Notes under the pieces: generated by a model
What the model was told of the DNA's origin: nothing
What the model saw: only the letters and a program-made list of their open reading frames with translations
Database searches by the model: none
In this document: piece by piece, positions 37,615 through 49,784 of the stretch
How positions within the stretch are numbered: position 1 is the stretch's first letter
Layout: every line of letters starts with the position of its first letter
Program-made: the position numbers and the translations under genes
DNA from: Schmidtea polychroa
Taxonomy: Eukaryota
Length of the DNA stretch: 64,000 nucleotides
Direction of reading: 5' to 3'
NCBI GenBank assembly: GCA_044892525.1
Contig: CM097885.1
Span: 19,160,001 to 19,224,000 of the forward strand

Positions 37615-38915
37615 TCAAGAATCTCCCCTAACATTTTCGATTATTGAAATCTTTCCACCATATAATTTCATTTCTATTTTCTTTTCTTCTAATATTAATG
37701 TATATACTTTAGCTTTAAAATTAGAATCCTTTGTTACATGAAGTGTAACATCAACATTATTTATGGCTAGGCGATCATCTTGGTCTGAAACATTTATACA
37801 AAATATAGAATATAAATTTTTGAAATCTTCTAAACTTAATTGCGGTTCAACTTTGAAATCATAACATGTTTCAATATAATTTAGATATGGGAATATGTTT
37901 TCATTATTTTCAATATTAAATTCCATTCTATTTATTGGATAATAAGAACTATTTAATTGAATTTGGATTGTTTTTAAATTATCAACTCCAATCTTTTGAA
38001 TAAACAAGTTGTTATTTTTTTGGAAAGATGAATCTACTTCTTTGAATCCAATCAAGATATATCTTGGTCGGTATGCTAAATTTGCTACCTTTATAGAATA
38101 TGTTGAACCCTCTGTCATACTAAATTCACTACAGATTCTATTTAAATAATTTACATTTATAGACTTGTTGGAATTTAATCTTTCAAGGAGTTTAATCTCA
38201 GAATGTGGGTTTAATGTCCATTCAGGTATATGTAATTCAAGTGTTGATAATTTTAATTTAGCTTTTGTATCTACAGCTCCATAGAACAATCTTTTATCAC
38301 CTTCTACTCTATTACAGATGAATTCTATAAAAACATTATGAAGTATACGATTATAGTTTTGAAGGAATCCAAACAAGTGTTTTAATTCAAAATAACCTTC
38401 AAATTTTTTAGATTTATAAAGTTCAGCTCTTTTATGGTAACCATGGTTTACATCTAAACCATCTTTATCTAAATCCCCTTTATTAACATCAGGAATCCAA
38501 CCTGTTAATTCACCATATTCGTTTTTATAATCACAACCAGTCAAAATAAAATTTAACATTGTAGAATATACTCCCGGATGCAAAACAGTTTCAATTTCTG
38601 ATGATCCTAGTTTTAATGATTAAAATTTAATCTCATGTTGGAGAATAAATTTGGAAAGAAATTATTTTCTAGGGTTATGTCTTTGTTTGCTTCAATTTCT
38701 AATTCGATTTTATAATATAATTTGGCATTACAAATATCTATAGGGTTTGATGTTTGAAGAGATTGAAAAACTATATCACCCCTACGATTTAAGTTTGCAA
38801 TAGATCCTGAAGTTGGGGAGATTTTAAGTACATCGTTTTTCTTGATTTCATGAGTAAATTCTTTATTATAATCAAGATTTAATTTATTTTTTTCTTGAAT
38901 TTTTATATTATTCAT
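37615..38915 (-). pseudogene. Major capsid protein (double jelly roll), frameshifted
   Basis: ORFs 38613..38915 and 37615..38583 join into about 428 aa if a 14-bp insertion (about 38618-38631) is removed; FELKHLFGFL, LELHIP, RPRYILIGF, IQLNSSYYP, YSIFCINVS fit Polinton MCPs. Confidence 0.85.
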
Positions 38916-38971
38916 TTTTATATATTAAAATTTACACACACAAAATAGGATTAATTAAATATATTATGTAA

Positions 38972-39053
38972 GCCATTATAGCGGAGTGGGAATAGGCTTC
39001 AATTTTATCACCGGGAGTACCGGGTTCAATTTTCGATTTTGGTCAATTTTTTT
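38972..39053 (+). ncRNA. tRNA-like Pol III unit 1
   Basis: A box TAGCGGAGTGG (38979), B-box-like GGTTCAATTTT (39023), T7 terminator 39047-39053; anticodon arm does not pair. Confidence 0.65.
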
Positions 39054-39206
39054 CGATATTTTTTTTTCAACGGAATCTGATTCAGCGTACTGATTTTAGT
39101 ATATATTTAAATTTTCAGATCGATCTGAGTGGTAGTTGTCGAGAAAATGAATAATTAATTATTAATTTCATCAATAAATAGTCACACATTAACAACTTAT
39201 TTTATA

Positions 39207-39287
39207 TTGAGTATAGCTTAGTGGTAATAGCACTCGACTGCATTGCCAATACCAATGGGTTCAAATCCCATTTCGGTCATTTTTTTT
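39207..39287 (+). ncRNA. tRNA-like Pol III unit 2 (tRNA-Cys-like 5' half)
   Basis: A box TAGCTTAGTGG (39214), B box GGTTCAAATCC (39258) inside a perfect T arm ATGGG-TTCAAAT-CCCAT, T8 terminator 39280-39287; GTATAGCTTAGTGGTAATAGCACTCGACTGCA resembles eukaryotic tRNA-Cys(GCA). Confidence 0.75.
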
Positions 39288-39444
39288 CAAATTTATTTTT
39301 AACGAAATATTGATCAGCATACTCGATTTAGTACTTGTACAAATTTTTAAGGAGATTGGTCAACGGCAACTCTTGGAAATTTAAGATCAAAAACGTTTTA
39401 ACTACCAAAAATTAATATATCCAATAAAAAAAATATTTATAAAA

Positions 39445-39741
39445 ATGGATGAGTTAAAAGAAAGAATGAGAAATGAATTGAATGAAGTTAAACATAAGAG
39501 AATGAAAAGAAGAGAAGAAGAACCATTAGAATACATCAAAGAGTTGATGGTAGATAATGAAAAGTATCGACATTTTTATATGAAGGCTGTAGATGTTGCT
39601 GATATAAGATTGAAGAAAATGAAACAATTACAGGAAAGAGTTAAAGAACTTGAATCGATTATTTATTGTCTAAAAAATGACAAAAATTCAAACCTTGATG
39701 GCGCAGTGGGAATAGACTGGCACAGTGGTTCAAATGGATAG
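39445..39741 (+). CDS. Small coiled-coil hypothetical protein
   Basis: 98-aa ORF with the same TAAAAATG start context as the other element genes; charged heptad pattern; its 3' end overlaps Pol III unit 3. Confidence 0.6.
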   Translation: MDELKERMRNELNEVKHKRMKRREEEPLEYIKELMVDNEKYRHFYMKAVDVADIRLKKMKQLQERVKELESIIYCLKNDKNSNLDGAVGIDWHSGSNG

Positions 39742-39774
39742 CGGTTCAAATCACATCTGAGGTTAGTTTTTTTT
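39692..39774 (+). ncRNA. tRNA-like Pol III unit 3
   Basis: A box TGGCGCAGTGG (39699), B box GGTTCAAATCA (39743), terminal stem ACCTT/GAGGT, T8 terminator 39767-39774. Confidence 0.65.
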
Positions 39775-39939
39775 CAACATAAAATAATATTAAAAATTTG
39801 AAAATAATATTGAAAATAGTGTGGGTATCTTATATTTATAAAGTACTTGTATATTTTATTTTATTTATTTTATTTTATTTTATTTTTTTATTAATTAATT
39901 ATTTTTTAAACATAAATATGAAAAAAAAAATATTGAAAC

Positions 39940-40034
39940 GGGTGATGGTGGCGAACCGGTAATTATCGCCACCTGTCTTTCGAACACCCCCGGATCGATT
40001 CCGGTAATGTGCACATTTATTTCTCAGTTGTTTT
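39940..40034 (+). ncRNA. Candidate Pol III unit 4
   Basis: A-box-like TGGCGAACCGG (39949), B-box-like GGATCGATTCC (39992) in a CCGG/CCGG stem, hairpin GGTGGCGA/TCGCCACC; first T4 at 40031-40034. Confidence 0.4.
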
Positions 40035-40358
40035 CGGACCTCTTTCGGATTCGCTTTCGAATTCATTTGTACTTTCGAGCAGCACACTTAAAACGCCGAT
40101 GAAATCGTATTCAAGCGAGAAGCGAATAATAAGGTGTGCTGCTGTTATCGGATTGATTCTGATGTATGAGTCTGGCCAGCTTGTATATTGGAAGAGATTT
40201 GATAAACGAAAGAGGTTGAATAAAAAAAAATGATCCGGATCAAAAAAAAAACTGTTGAGAGGACAGTGAAAAAAAAAAAAAAAAAAAACCACTGTCCTCT
40301 CAGAGCAGTTTTACTATTTCATAAAATTTTTTATTTTTAAAACTTTCAAAACCTTAAG

Positions 40359-40691
40359 GTGATCAGGCGACCTAGATCATTATGAATTAGGTAATCTGAT
40401 ATTCTTATAACATTAAATCCTTATAACATTAAATCCTTAAGACCAAGTAGTGAGGAATCTATGCACCCCGTTACCTTTTCTCGGAATTACTAATCTATAA
40501 ATACATCTATTCCGAACTTTTTTACTTTTAAGGGAAGAAATTAAGGGTTAATGGCAATAGGGGACAAAGTTTAAAAGTTAAAAAAAGTGAAGAATATGGG
40601 GTAAAAAAGCATATAAATGTGGAAAATATGGGTCAATAGCGCTGTTTTTTTTTAGGGTGGGGGTGCTGGGGTGCATAGATTCCTCACTACT
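40359..40691 (-). repeat. Right terminal inverted repeat (333 bp)
   Basis: Reverse complement of 26086-26418; followed by the TSD ATCAAA. Confidence 0.97.
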
Positions 40692-41855
40692 ATCAAAGTT
40701 TATCTCTTAAATAAGACAAACTTTCAAGCCTGCTTTTTATAAAGTGTTATAAATTAGCGTATAATTTTTTACAAATCGAAAAGTAGAGGTATTTGGTAGA
40801 AGAAGTATTTCAAAAATACAATATAAAAAAAGCAGGAAATAATGAAAGATTTCCATCATTAAAAACTCGATTCTGTATATTCAACTCTTTTAATATTATC
40901 AAAATATCGCAAATAATACTATTTAATTTCGACCAAAGGCAATTAAAATGATTAATCCAAATAATTTTATTAAAACTCATAAATATAATAAATTTAAAGG
41001 TTACTCTCCATCATCGCATTCCCAATTTCTATTGTATAAAAATAGATAAACATTTAAGGCCCAAACGTCTAGAGTCAGTAATATTGTTAAAAGTTTACTT
41101 GATTTATTAAAACGACGCAAATTTTATTAGCGGTTCTAATAACTGTAAATATTGCATATTTGAACTTAATTTTTTTATTATGTCAGATATCATATTTGAC
41201 TACAAACATGAGTTTTGAAAGATATTGTGAGTGAAAATAAAAATAAAGATATTATTGAGAGGTATATTTAAGAGGTGTACCTTATAATATAGAAATATGC
41301 AATAATATATAATACTTAATTTATTATAAATGAATTAGTTAAATTTTCTTATTAAAAAGCATTTTTTCAATTTATTAATATTTGTTATCAATGCTTGTTT
41401 TTACCTAACGCTCCGAAAAGAAGGTCGGATACTTGCGGATGAGCTTCAACCTTTAAGCGGTCGCAGAATATCTAATTTGTTATTTTACTTCTGATAATTT
41501 CCTTCAGTGTTCTGCTGAGGATTAGCAGACATCACAATCTCTTTGAATCTTAGCTTTGAGCACTATTATGCAGTGTTTCACAGATATATTTAGAATTACC
41601 CGTTGAATTGTTTGATATTGGCGAGTTATCAAATCATTTAAATGTGTGTTGTGTCAGTAGGCATTTCTTTACAACTGACATATTTTCTTTTACTGTGTTA
41701 TTTATGCCATAAAAGATTGTTTCTCGGAGACAGTCCGTTTTGTGGTGTAGTGGCGTTCAATTAGAGTAACAATTCGTTAATTCATCCCAATGTAATCCAT
41801 TTCATTCATCGTAAACACGGTGATGTGTAAAAGTAGTGTCGTTATAACCATGTTA

Positions 41856-41945
<90 letters not shown>

Positions 41946-41950
<5 letters not shown>

Positions 41951-42099
41951 CAATAAAATGATAATTTAAGCCTTTTGCTGCAAATAATGTATTTAATGAA
42001 AGAATTTTCGACTATACGATAGTCCTTGTATAGTCGAAAATTCTTTCATTAAATACATTATTTGCAGCAAAAGGCTTAAATTATCATTTTATTGTTTTA
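41946..42099. repeat. Perfect palindrome of family-B repeat (72-bp arms, 10-nt spacer)
   Basis: 41946-42017 is the exact reverse complement of 42028-42099; lies between (AAT)n tracts at about 41857-41946 and 42134-42206. Confidence 0.93.
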
Positions 42100-42132
42100 A
42101 ATAATAAATGCTGCTACCAAGCAATCATCATT

Positions 42133-42207
<75 letters not shown>

Positions 42208-45200
42208 GTAATACCAGCAATCTCCCTTCTCTTTTATCCCGTTGTTGCCAATGTGAGTTTAGATTTCCTTTTGGGTGCATGTGTTATTAAGCATTCTATG
42301 CCACTAGCATCATTTTTATATGTACCTTATTTCATGTTATGGTACTAATTTTTGGTATGGTACTATGTTTGTACTACCTTTTTTTATATTCGTTATGTGG
42401 TTCATATATATTGCAAAGCAGAAAGCTATAGCTGTTTTCATGCATATTTTCGCTAATGTCTTTGTTTCTTTGCTATTTGCTAACTTCGTTATCTTTTCTA
42501 CCATTTATTTTGTAATAACTTTATTTAAATAATTTTCTTTTCCTAATTTTCTTTCTTTTCCGTCAGTGTTTCCAAATACTTTTGTCTTTGCGAATTTGTA
42601 CGATATCGGATAATTTAACGCAAACTGGTAATATATATAAAACGATAAAACGGAAGTAAGAAAAATAAATTATCAAAGAATTATGAAAGATGCGCTATTG
42701 GTGACTTACTATTGAAAGATTTGTTTATAATGTAATAATATAATTATATGTATAATTTTAGTATATCTTCTTTTGCGGAACGATGAAATCCTTTCATGAA
42801 TCAACTTTATACGCGTATACGTTTCTGGGAACCATTCCTTTTCATTAAATGAACAATTGAACGGATTATTATAGTAAAAGTACAAATATATATGACAAAT
42901 ATATTTCATTTTAAAGTCATAAATCCTTGATTTTAATTAATATCTTTTACTTTAGATTAATTTTTAACTACATAATAAATAAGTATAAATTACATTATCC
43001 TGTTAAGTGATGATGTCCAGTAAAATATCAAGAAATTACTTAGATTCAGAGTTGTGTAAAATTATTTTCACATGAAATATTTAATGGGAAAAAACTATAT
43101 TTTAGATTCTCAATCGCGTTTAGTTTTCATAGAAAACTGGTTTTAAATGTTCTTAATTTATACAGATAATGACATTATCAAAATGCTTTTAATAACATGC
43201 TGAGATGATGATTTTGTATATAGAAATGCGGCTATATCAAATACATTTCAACTGATCTGTTAGATCTTATTTCAGTTCAAAATTTCTTTGGTATTTATTG
43301 AAAAAAAAATATTAAATTTGTGTTGTTGAAAATGGATATTCATATAATAATGACAAAGTATTTTTTTGACATCTTTAAATACGGTCGCAAAAACCGAAAA
43401 TTACTCCCGTTGATAACATGTTTATAATTATTTTATTATTTTTATTTTGTAATTTTATTTATGAAGTCGTAAAAAAAGTTTATAAAGGGCTCTAAAATTC
43501 ATTATTGTATAATAATTAATTTAGTCATGTTTGATTTTTTGCATGTGAGTGTTTATCTGAATTTGTGGCACTCTTTTAGGTGATACTGTTAGATTTCATA
43601 TGATTTGGTATCAGTATACATTTAATAAGAGTAAGGGAAACATTAACTTTGTGTCATATTAATTTGTAAGTATTGTAAAATTCTAGATTTACACCAAACT
43701 CCACTGTGATACACCTTCCTATAATAAAAGTTAGTGCGTAAATCAACTTGATGAATAATGTTTTTTTTTATAAATCAAGCAGATTTCAATCATTTTATTA
43801 TTATTCATATTTCTACATATTCAGAAAATTATTTATTATTTATCTATTTTAAAATTATATCTATTTAAAAAACAAATTTATCTCTATAAATATGTAAAAC
43901 ATCTAAGAATATGAATAAAATGAGAATAATGTTTGTCAATAACTTTGTCAATTACCAACATTCTTTAATAATATTACATTTTTAAAAATTATAACAGAAA
44001 TTTCATTTCTTTCTTGTTCGGGTAATAAACATTGTAGAAGATCTAGTAATATCTAAAATCCAATGGAAATAATAAAGTGATTATAATGTAAAATACAATC
44101 TTACAATATCATCTTTTCACCTTCGTAAAATGAAATGTTTTTGACAGAAATGGCTGAAATGCTAAGGAAATATTAAATTAATTTTAACTTTAAAATAAAT
44201 CTTACGAATATATATCTTCATTTTCAATGAAAACCCAAAGTATAGTTCTCAGAATTATAATTTAAATATTTCTCATCCATCTTTGTTTTCCTAAAATTGT
44301 CTAGAATAAAGTAATAAATGGAATGTATTATGGAATTACATTATTTATAAATATCGAAAGTTTGCAAGCGTTTTTAATATGTGCTGTGTTTGTGTGCAGT
44401 ACTTAACTTTTATGATACATTTTAAACTTTCAAATTGTAGAGTGTATCTCAATGGACTTGTAAAGAATAACATCAAAGTGAGTACGTATGTTTCTATATA
44501 TTAACTTTATTAAATTTCTTTCTTATATTATAAAAGGTGTTTTGTAGTAGAATTTGGTTTTTTGTGAAGTGTGACCAACCAACGATTTATGCTTTAATTT
44601 TAAAGCTTCCTAAATATTTTTATATTAAACATTTACTCTTCAATGAAAAATAATTTTAATTACAGAATGTACAGTTTCTCAGACCTAAAGTGTCAGTCAT
44701 TTGTCAACTTTTGACACCAAATCTCTTTGGAAGTTAACTGCCAAACATTTACATTATCGAAAAGTATTTTTTAAATGTTAAGAAAATCAAAGTGAAAATA
44801 AATATTTTATTTATATAAATATGTTGATGTACAATAAAAATGAATATTTTCAGTAGTTAATTAAAGCATTATTATATTTATATTATATTTATATTATATT
44901 TATATTATATTTATATTATATTTATATAGAATCATTCAAAATATTTAATTTTTTAAAGACACATTTTGTTTTATAAAATAATTATTCAATTCTTAAAAGT
45001 TTATTTATTTTAACAAAATTAATTGTTTAAATCAAATTAGTTTAATTCACAATAATTAAATTCTAGGTATCGCTCCTCCGAGATTATTTGATGGTTCAAT
45101 TGTTGCCTTAGGGAGATCTTAACTAAATAATTTGTTTTTGCCTTCATTGATATTTAAAATATTTTCATATCGGCTTTTCTGTTGATTATTTTAAATGGGC

Positions 45201-47239
45201 ATCGAATAAAAAATCTAGTTCTTTGGTTGTAGACTTCTGTAACCAGATGTTCTTGCTATTATAAAGTTCCTTTCGAACAAGGACATTGTCCGTATGTGGT
45301 ATACTTTTCATTTAAAAGTAATATTTTTCGATAATTTTTTCAACCATTTTGTATGATTTTGGTATGTCTTTTAGTTCTCTTTTAGTATGAAGAGTTATTT
45401 TTGATAATTAGCAATTAAAACATTCGTGAATAAACATTAGATCTCATTTCCAGTTTCTTCTCCTGTTTGAAGATAAATATATTTTAAAGCTTTCATTTTT
45501 ATATACTATTTCTTGTAGAGGTTGTCGTAATTACATATCCGATACCCCATTTCCTTTTTCTTGATGTATTCAATTGAAAATTTGGTTTCATTTTTATTAA
45601 ATAGATTGCTAGTGATTCTCAGTTACATATTTAATATTTGATCATGATTAAGATAGCTTTCTGGAAAAGAATGAAATTGCAATCAAGTTATATTTTGAGT
45701 AATTTTGATAGGGACTGACTGCTGAAAAAGCCTTTAAACACAACGTAAGTTATTGATATAAATCAAGAAATCCAAGACTTTGTGAGAATATTCTTCGCAT
45801 TTTTACATTTGAACTTGTCACATCTGTAATGTTAAAAATTCGCTCAAAACTCTGATGCCATCTTTATTTAGCTTTGTTTTATTAACAGTGTGTATATTTA
45901 AACAAAACTAATTGTTAATGAAATTAATGTATTGTGAAATAAAATTAGTTAATTTCACAATAATTCAATCCTAAAAATACCATGTTGAATTTATTTTTGA
46001 AAACCATACAATTTTGTTCCAATTAAATTCAATTATTTAAACAATAGCATTAATCAATGTTAGATTTATTAAATTTATTAAATTTAGATTATATTAAAGG
46101 AACAGTAATAATTAACAATCAATTATTCTTTTGTTCATCATTGAACTATTTTTTCTTTACAATTTCATTTATCTTCATTTAGATTTCTATTATAGATCAA
46201 TGACTTTTCAATTTAACACACATTTTTAAAACAGCTTCTCAGATGTCACCTAATGGTTAAAAAAGCAATAGAAAACGTATCACTTATGACAGTTGAGCTG
46301 CCTAAATTAATTGCAAAATATATTTTAATAAATAGTTTTCTTTGATTTAAATAGAGTAAACATAATAAAGTCAACAAATAGAATATATTTTTAACTAATT
46401 TCCACTTTTTATTTAAAATAGTTAAACATTTTTTAATAAATTATTTTTATAATTCTAATTATTTTGGGTATAAAATGTAGTAAGAATGGACAGATTTTGA
46501 GCCTTCATACTTTATACATTATTTACAAATTTTATCTGCTATAACCAAACAATTCATTTGATGTTTTGTATGCAAAATTTGTGCAAATTTAAAAGTTAAT
46601 GTCTCCTTTATGTGTTTAATATTGGATTTTGCTTAATTTTTTGTGGTAATTAAATTGAATTTCGAAATTCTTTATCAATTTCTAAATAACAAAAATACTT
46701 TTCTTTTTTACATACTGAAAAAAGGTCAAAGGTTAAAGCAAAATGTAATGACAAAGTCCACAATCTTTGTTGCGAAATATTAAGCTTTGATCTTTATTCA
46801 AAATGAAAATAAACCAAATATCATTAAATAAACAAATCCAAAGTTAACGAAATAAATATAAATAAATAATATTAAACAAATTTAAAATTGATATACTGAA
46901 AATTGCACAAATTGATAAATTTTAATTTAAATTTCATAGAGATTTAGAAATGCAAAGAACCAAAATGTTTATCAATTTCGTGAAAATCAAATTATCAAAA
47001 ATATTGATAAAAATATTTTAATTTTACATAATTAAAAACAAATTAATAAACGTTAAATATTTCTATATGAATAATGAAATGTTATCAAATTACATCTAGT
47101 CAATCGAGGTGAATCTAGTGAATTTTTTTTAATTATTAATTATTATTATAATAATATTATTATTTAATAACATTTCAAAAATAAATCTCGAGAAATTATG
47201 ATTGATTAGTTTCCTTTAGCGAATTTTGTTTTTATTTCA

Positions 47240-47265
47240 TAATAATAATAATCATAATCATAATC

Positions 47266-47334
<69 letters not shown>

Positions 47335-47336
47335 TA

Positions 47337-47430
<94 letters not shown>

Positions 47431-47432
47431 TA

Positions 47433-47517
<85 letters not shown>
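47240..47517. repeat. Head-to-head (AAT)n/(ATT)n microsatellite
   Basis: AAT tract switches strand to ATT at about 47399. Confidence 0.95.
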
Positions 47518-47518
<1 letters not shown>

Positions 47519-49784
47519 GTACTAAAATAGTAATTATGATAATGTTAAATACTGCAAATCCCTATTTTAAGACAAACCTATATAACTGATTTTCAAACCG
47601 AAAGAGTGAAACTTAAACATAATGTATAAAAATATCACAAATTTTTAGGCCTTACGCAATAGTGTGACTTTTACACAAGGATTTACCGTACTTTTCGGTT
47701 TTAAAATCAGCTTTATATGTACAAAAATTGGTGGTAATAAAATTTTTAACATTTGCTGATATTCAACGAAAATATTTCAAAACCAACAAAATGTAGTGAT
47801 TTTTAAATGAAACAGTGAAATATTATTTAATTTAAAATGTCGAATAAATATATTTTAAAACATTGAAATCTTCAGAAATACAAAAAGCTGGAGATGGAAT
47901 CAAATTTACACAGTTTATACAATAAATTTTATAATAATAAATAAATAATAAATTTCAATATATTTCATTAAATTTCAAAGACTTTTATAGCTTTCGATGA
48001 AGAATTTAATTAGACTTTTGTTTGATTAATAAATATTTCTGTTAAACTTTCTGAGTTTGTTAATAAAAACCTTATAGAAGAAAATCACATTAACTCGAAC
48101 ACTTTGTGCACTATCGATATTTTTGATGACGAACAAATCATTGTTTCCTGGTAAAGTTAATCAAAATAATGAATGTAAAAAATTAATTAAAATAATTTAA
48201 ATTAAGCAAACAAAATTTAATTGAGAATTTCTAAAAATAATCGATATTGATTTTTCATGTAATAAGTTGAAAAATTAATCAAATCTATTGATTGATGCCT
48301 TGATTTCTTGGTGCAAATGTTTGGATATTTAATTTTAATTAATCAATTTTAATTATTTCCGAATTTAATTATTAATTTTCTTTCGAAATAGTTTTTGTTT
48401 TATTTTATATTTTAATATGAAGTTATTTATATTAATTTTTATCTCCTAACTTAATCTGTTATAATGCACACATTACATACATTTTAAAATTCAAAATAAT
48501 TTTAAAAAATAGTTTTTAATATAATTAATTAAAACTATAATTAAATAAAGACTTTTTTAATCTTTTTTTAAATGATTTAATTTTAAATTAAGGTATCATA
48601 TGACAAAATCATGATTGTATCAGAATTGTTGAGTTATTGGTAGTTTGTCAGTGATTGTTAAGCTGACAAGCACTGATCTGACTGCGAGCGTGTTATTTAA
48701 TAACGACAATGGCAATTCAAATGATGTAAAAATTTATTGATTATCACAATTTATTACAAACAAATTCAACGGTACCAATTTTCAACACACTTCAAATGTT
48801 TCAAATACTTATTACAACCCTCCGGGAAGAATAGCACAACAATGACAATACTCTAAGAACTCAACCACTTGACTACTGCCGGTAATGGGCAATTCGCAAA
48901 CTTTATCTTGTTGCTTTTAATTTAATTTGAGTTTCTCAACTATAACCGATTTACTATTTCAATATGCAAGTTTCTTCAAACTGTTTCCTGATTCTCAACA
49001 CTTTATTTTATTCTCGTCGTAAATTCAAATTTCTGACAAGTTTCTCTTTTTCTAGAAAATTTTCTTTCTTTTTGTTAATTTGAGTTCGGTTTTTATACTT
49101 TTCTATCTGATGGCACTTATTAATAATTCATTCTTTTTTTACACTTGTTCCATTGGCATTACCTAATCTCTGGCAGCTGTCGAGATATTTATTTTTTTTC
49201 AAAGTAATATACAAAATGTAGTTTGTAAAACGTCAACCAGATAACAAGTAACAACAACCAAATACTTACAACCAACAACTATGTACTAACAAATAGATCT
49301 TTAAAAGAAAATTCTCTTCACTTCAAAAAATTTGATGAAAAATTTATTGAACTCAAGGCATCAATAATTTGGTAAAAATTGATTAAATAATTTTAAAAAT
49401 TTAAATAATTCAAAACATAATAAATAAATATCATAAAAATCTAATTAATGGACAAGAAAGGACTTTAAATTCCAGTCATTAATAATCCAATAAATAAAAA
49501 AATACTAATCATTCAAGTGAATAAACTAAGTTAATAAATTAATAAGAATTTTGAAATAAAATCTAGTTGATAATTGAATTAGATTGAATAAATTAATTGA
49601 ATAAATTAATTTAAATTTTTTTTTAAAAGTAATACTTGTATACTCAAATTGATTGACTGATTGCTCAAAATATTCAAAAAATTCAGTATAAATTCATTAC
49701 AATTATCAAAGTCGTAAATCTATACTAAATATAATTATCATTAAACATCAAAAGAGACGGATATAAGCCCACTAATGATTGAAA

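Larger units (their letters stand above)
26086..40691. mobile_element. Complete Maverick/Polinton (adintovirus-like) element, 14,606 bp
   Basis: AGTAGT...ACTACT termini, identical 333-bp TIRs, 6-bp TSD ATCAAA (26080-26085 and 40692-40697), and the pPolB/integrase/ATPase/protease/major and minor capsid gene set. Confidence 0.98.

Noticed and set aside
39207..39279. Functional tRNA-Cys gene
   Set aside because: The anticodon stem (CTCGA/GCCAA) does not pair and the acceptor stem is out of register; reported as a tRNA-like ncRNA instead.
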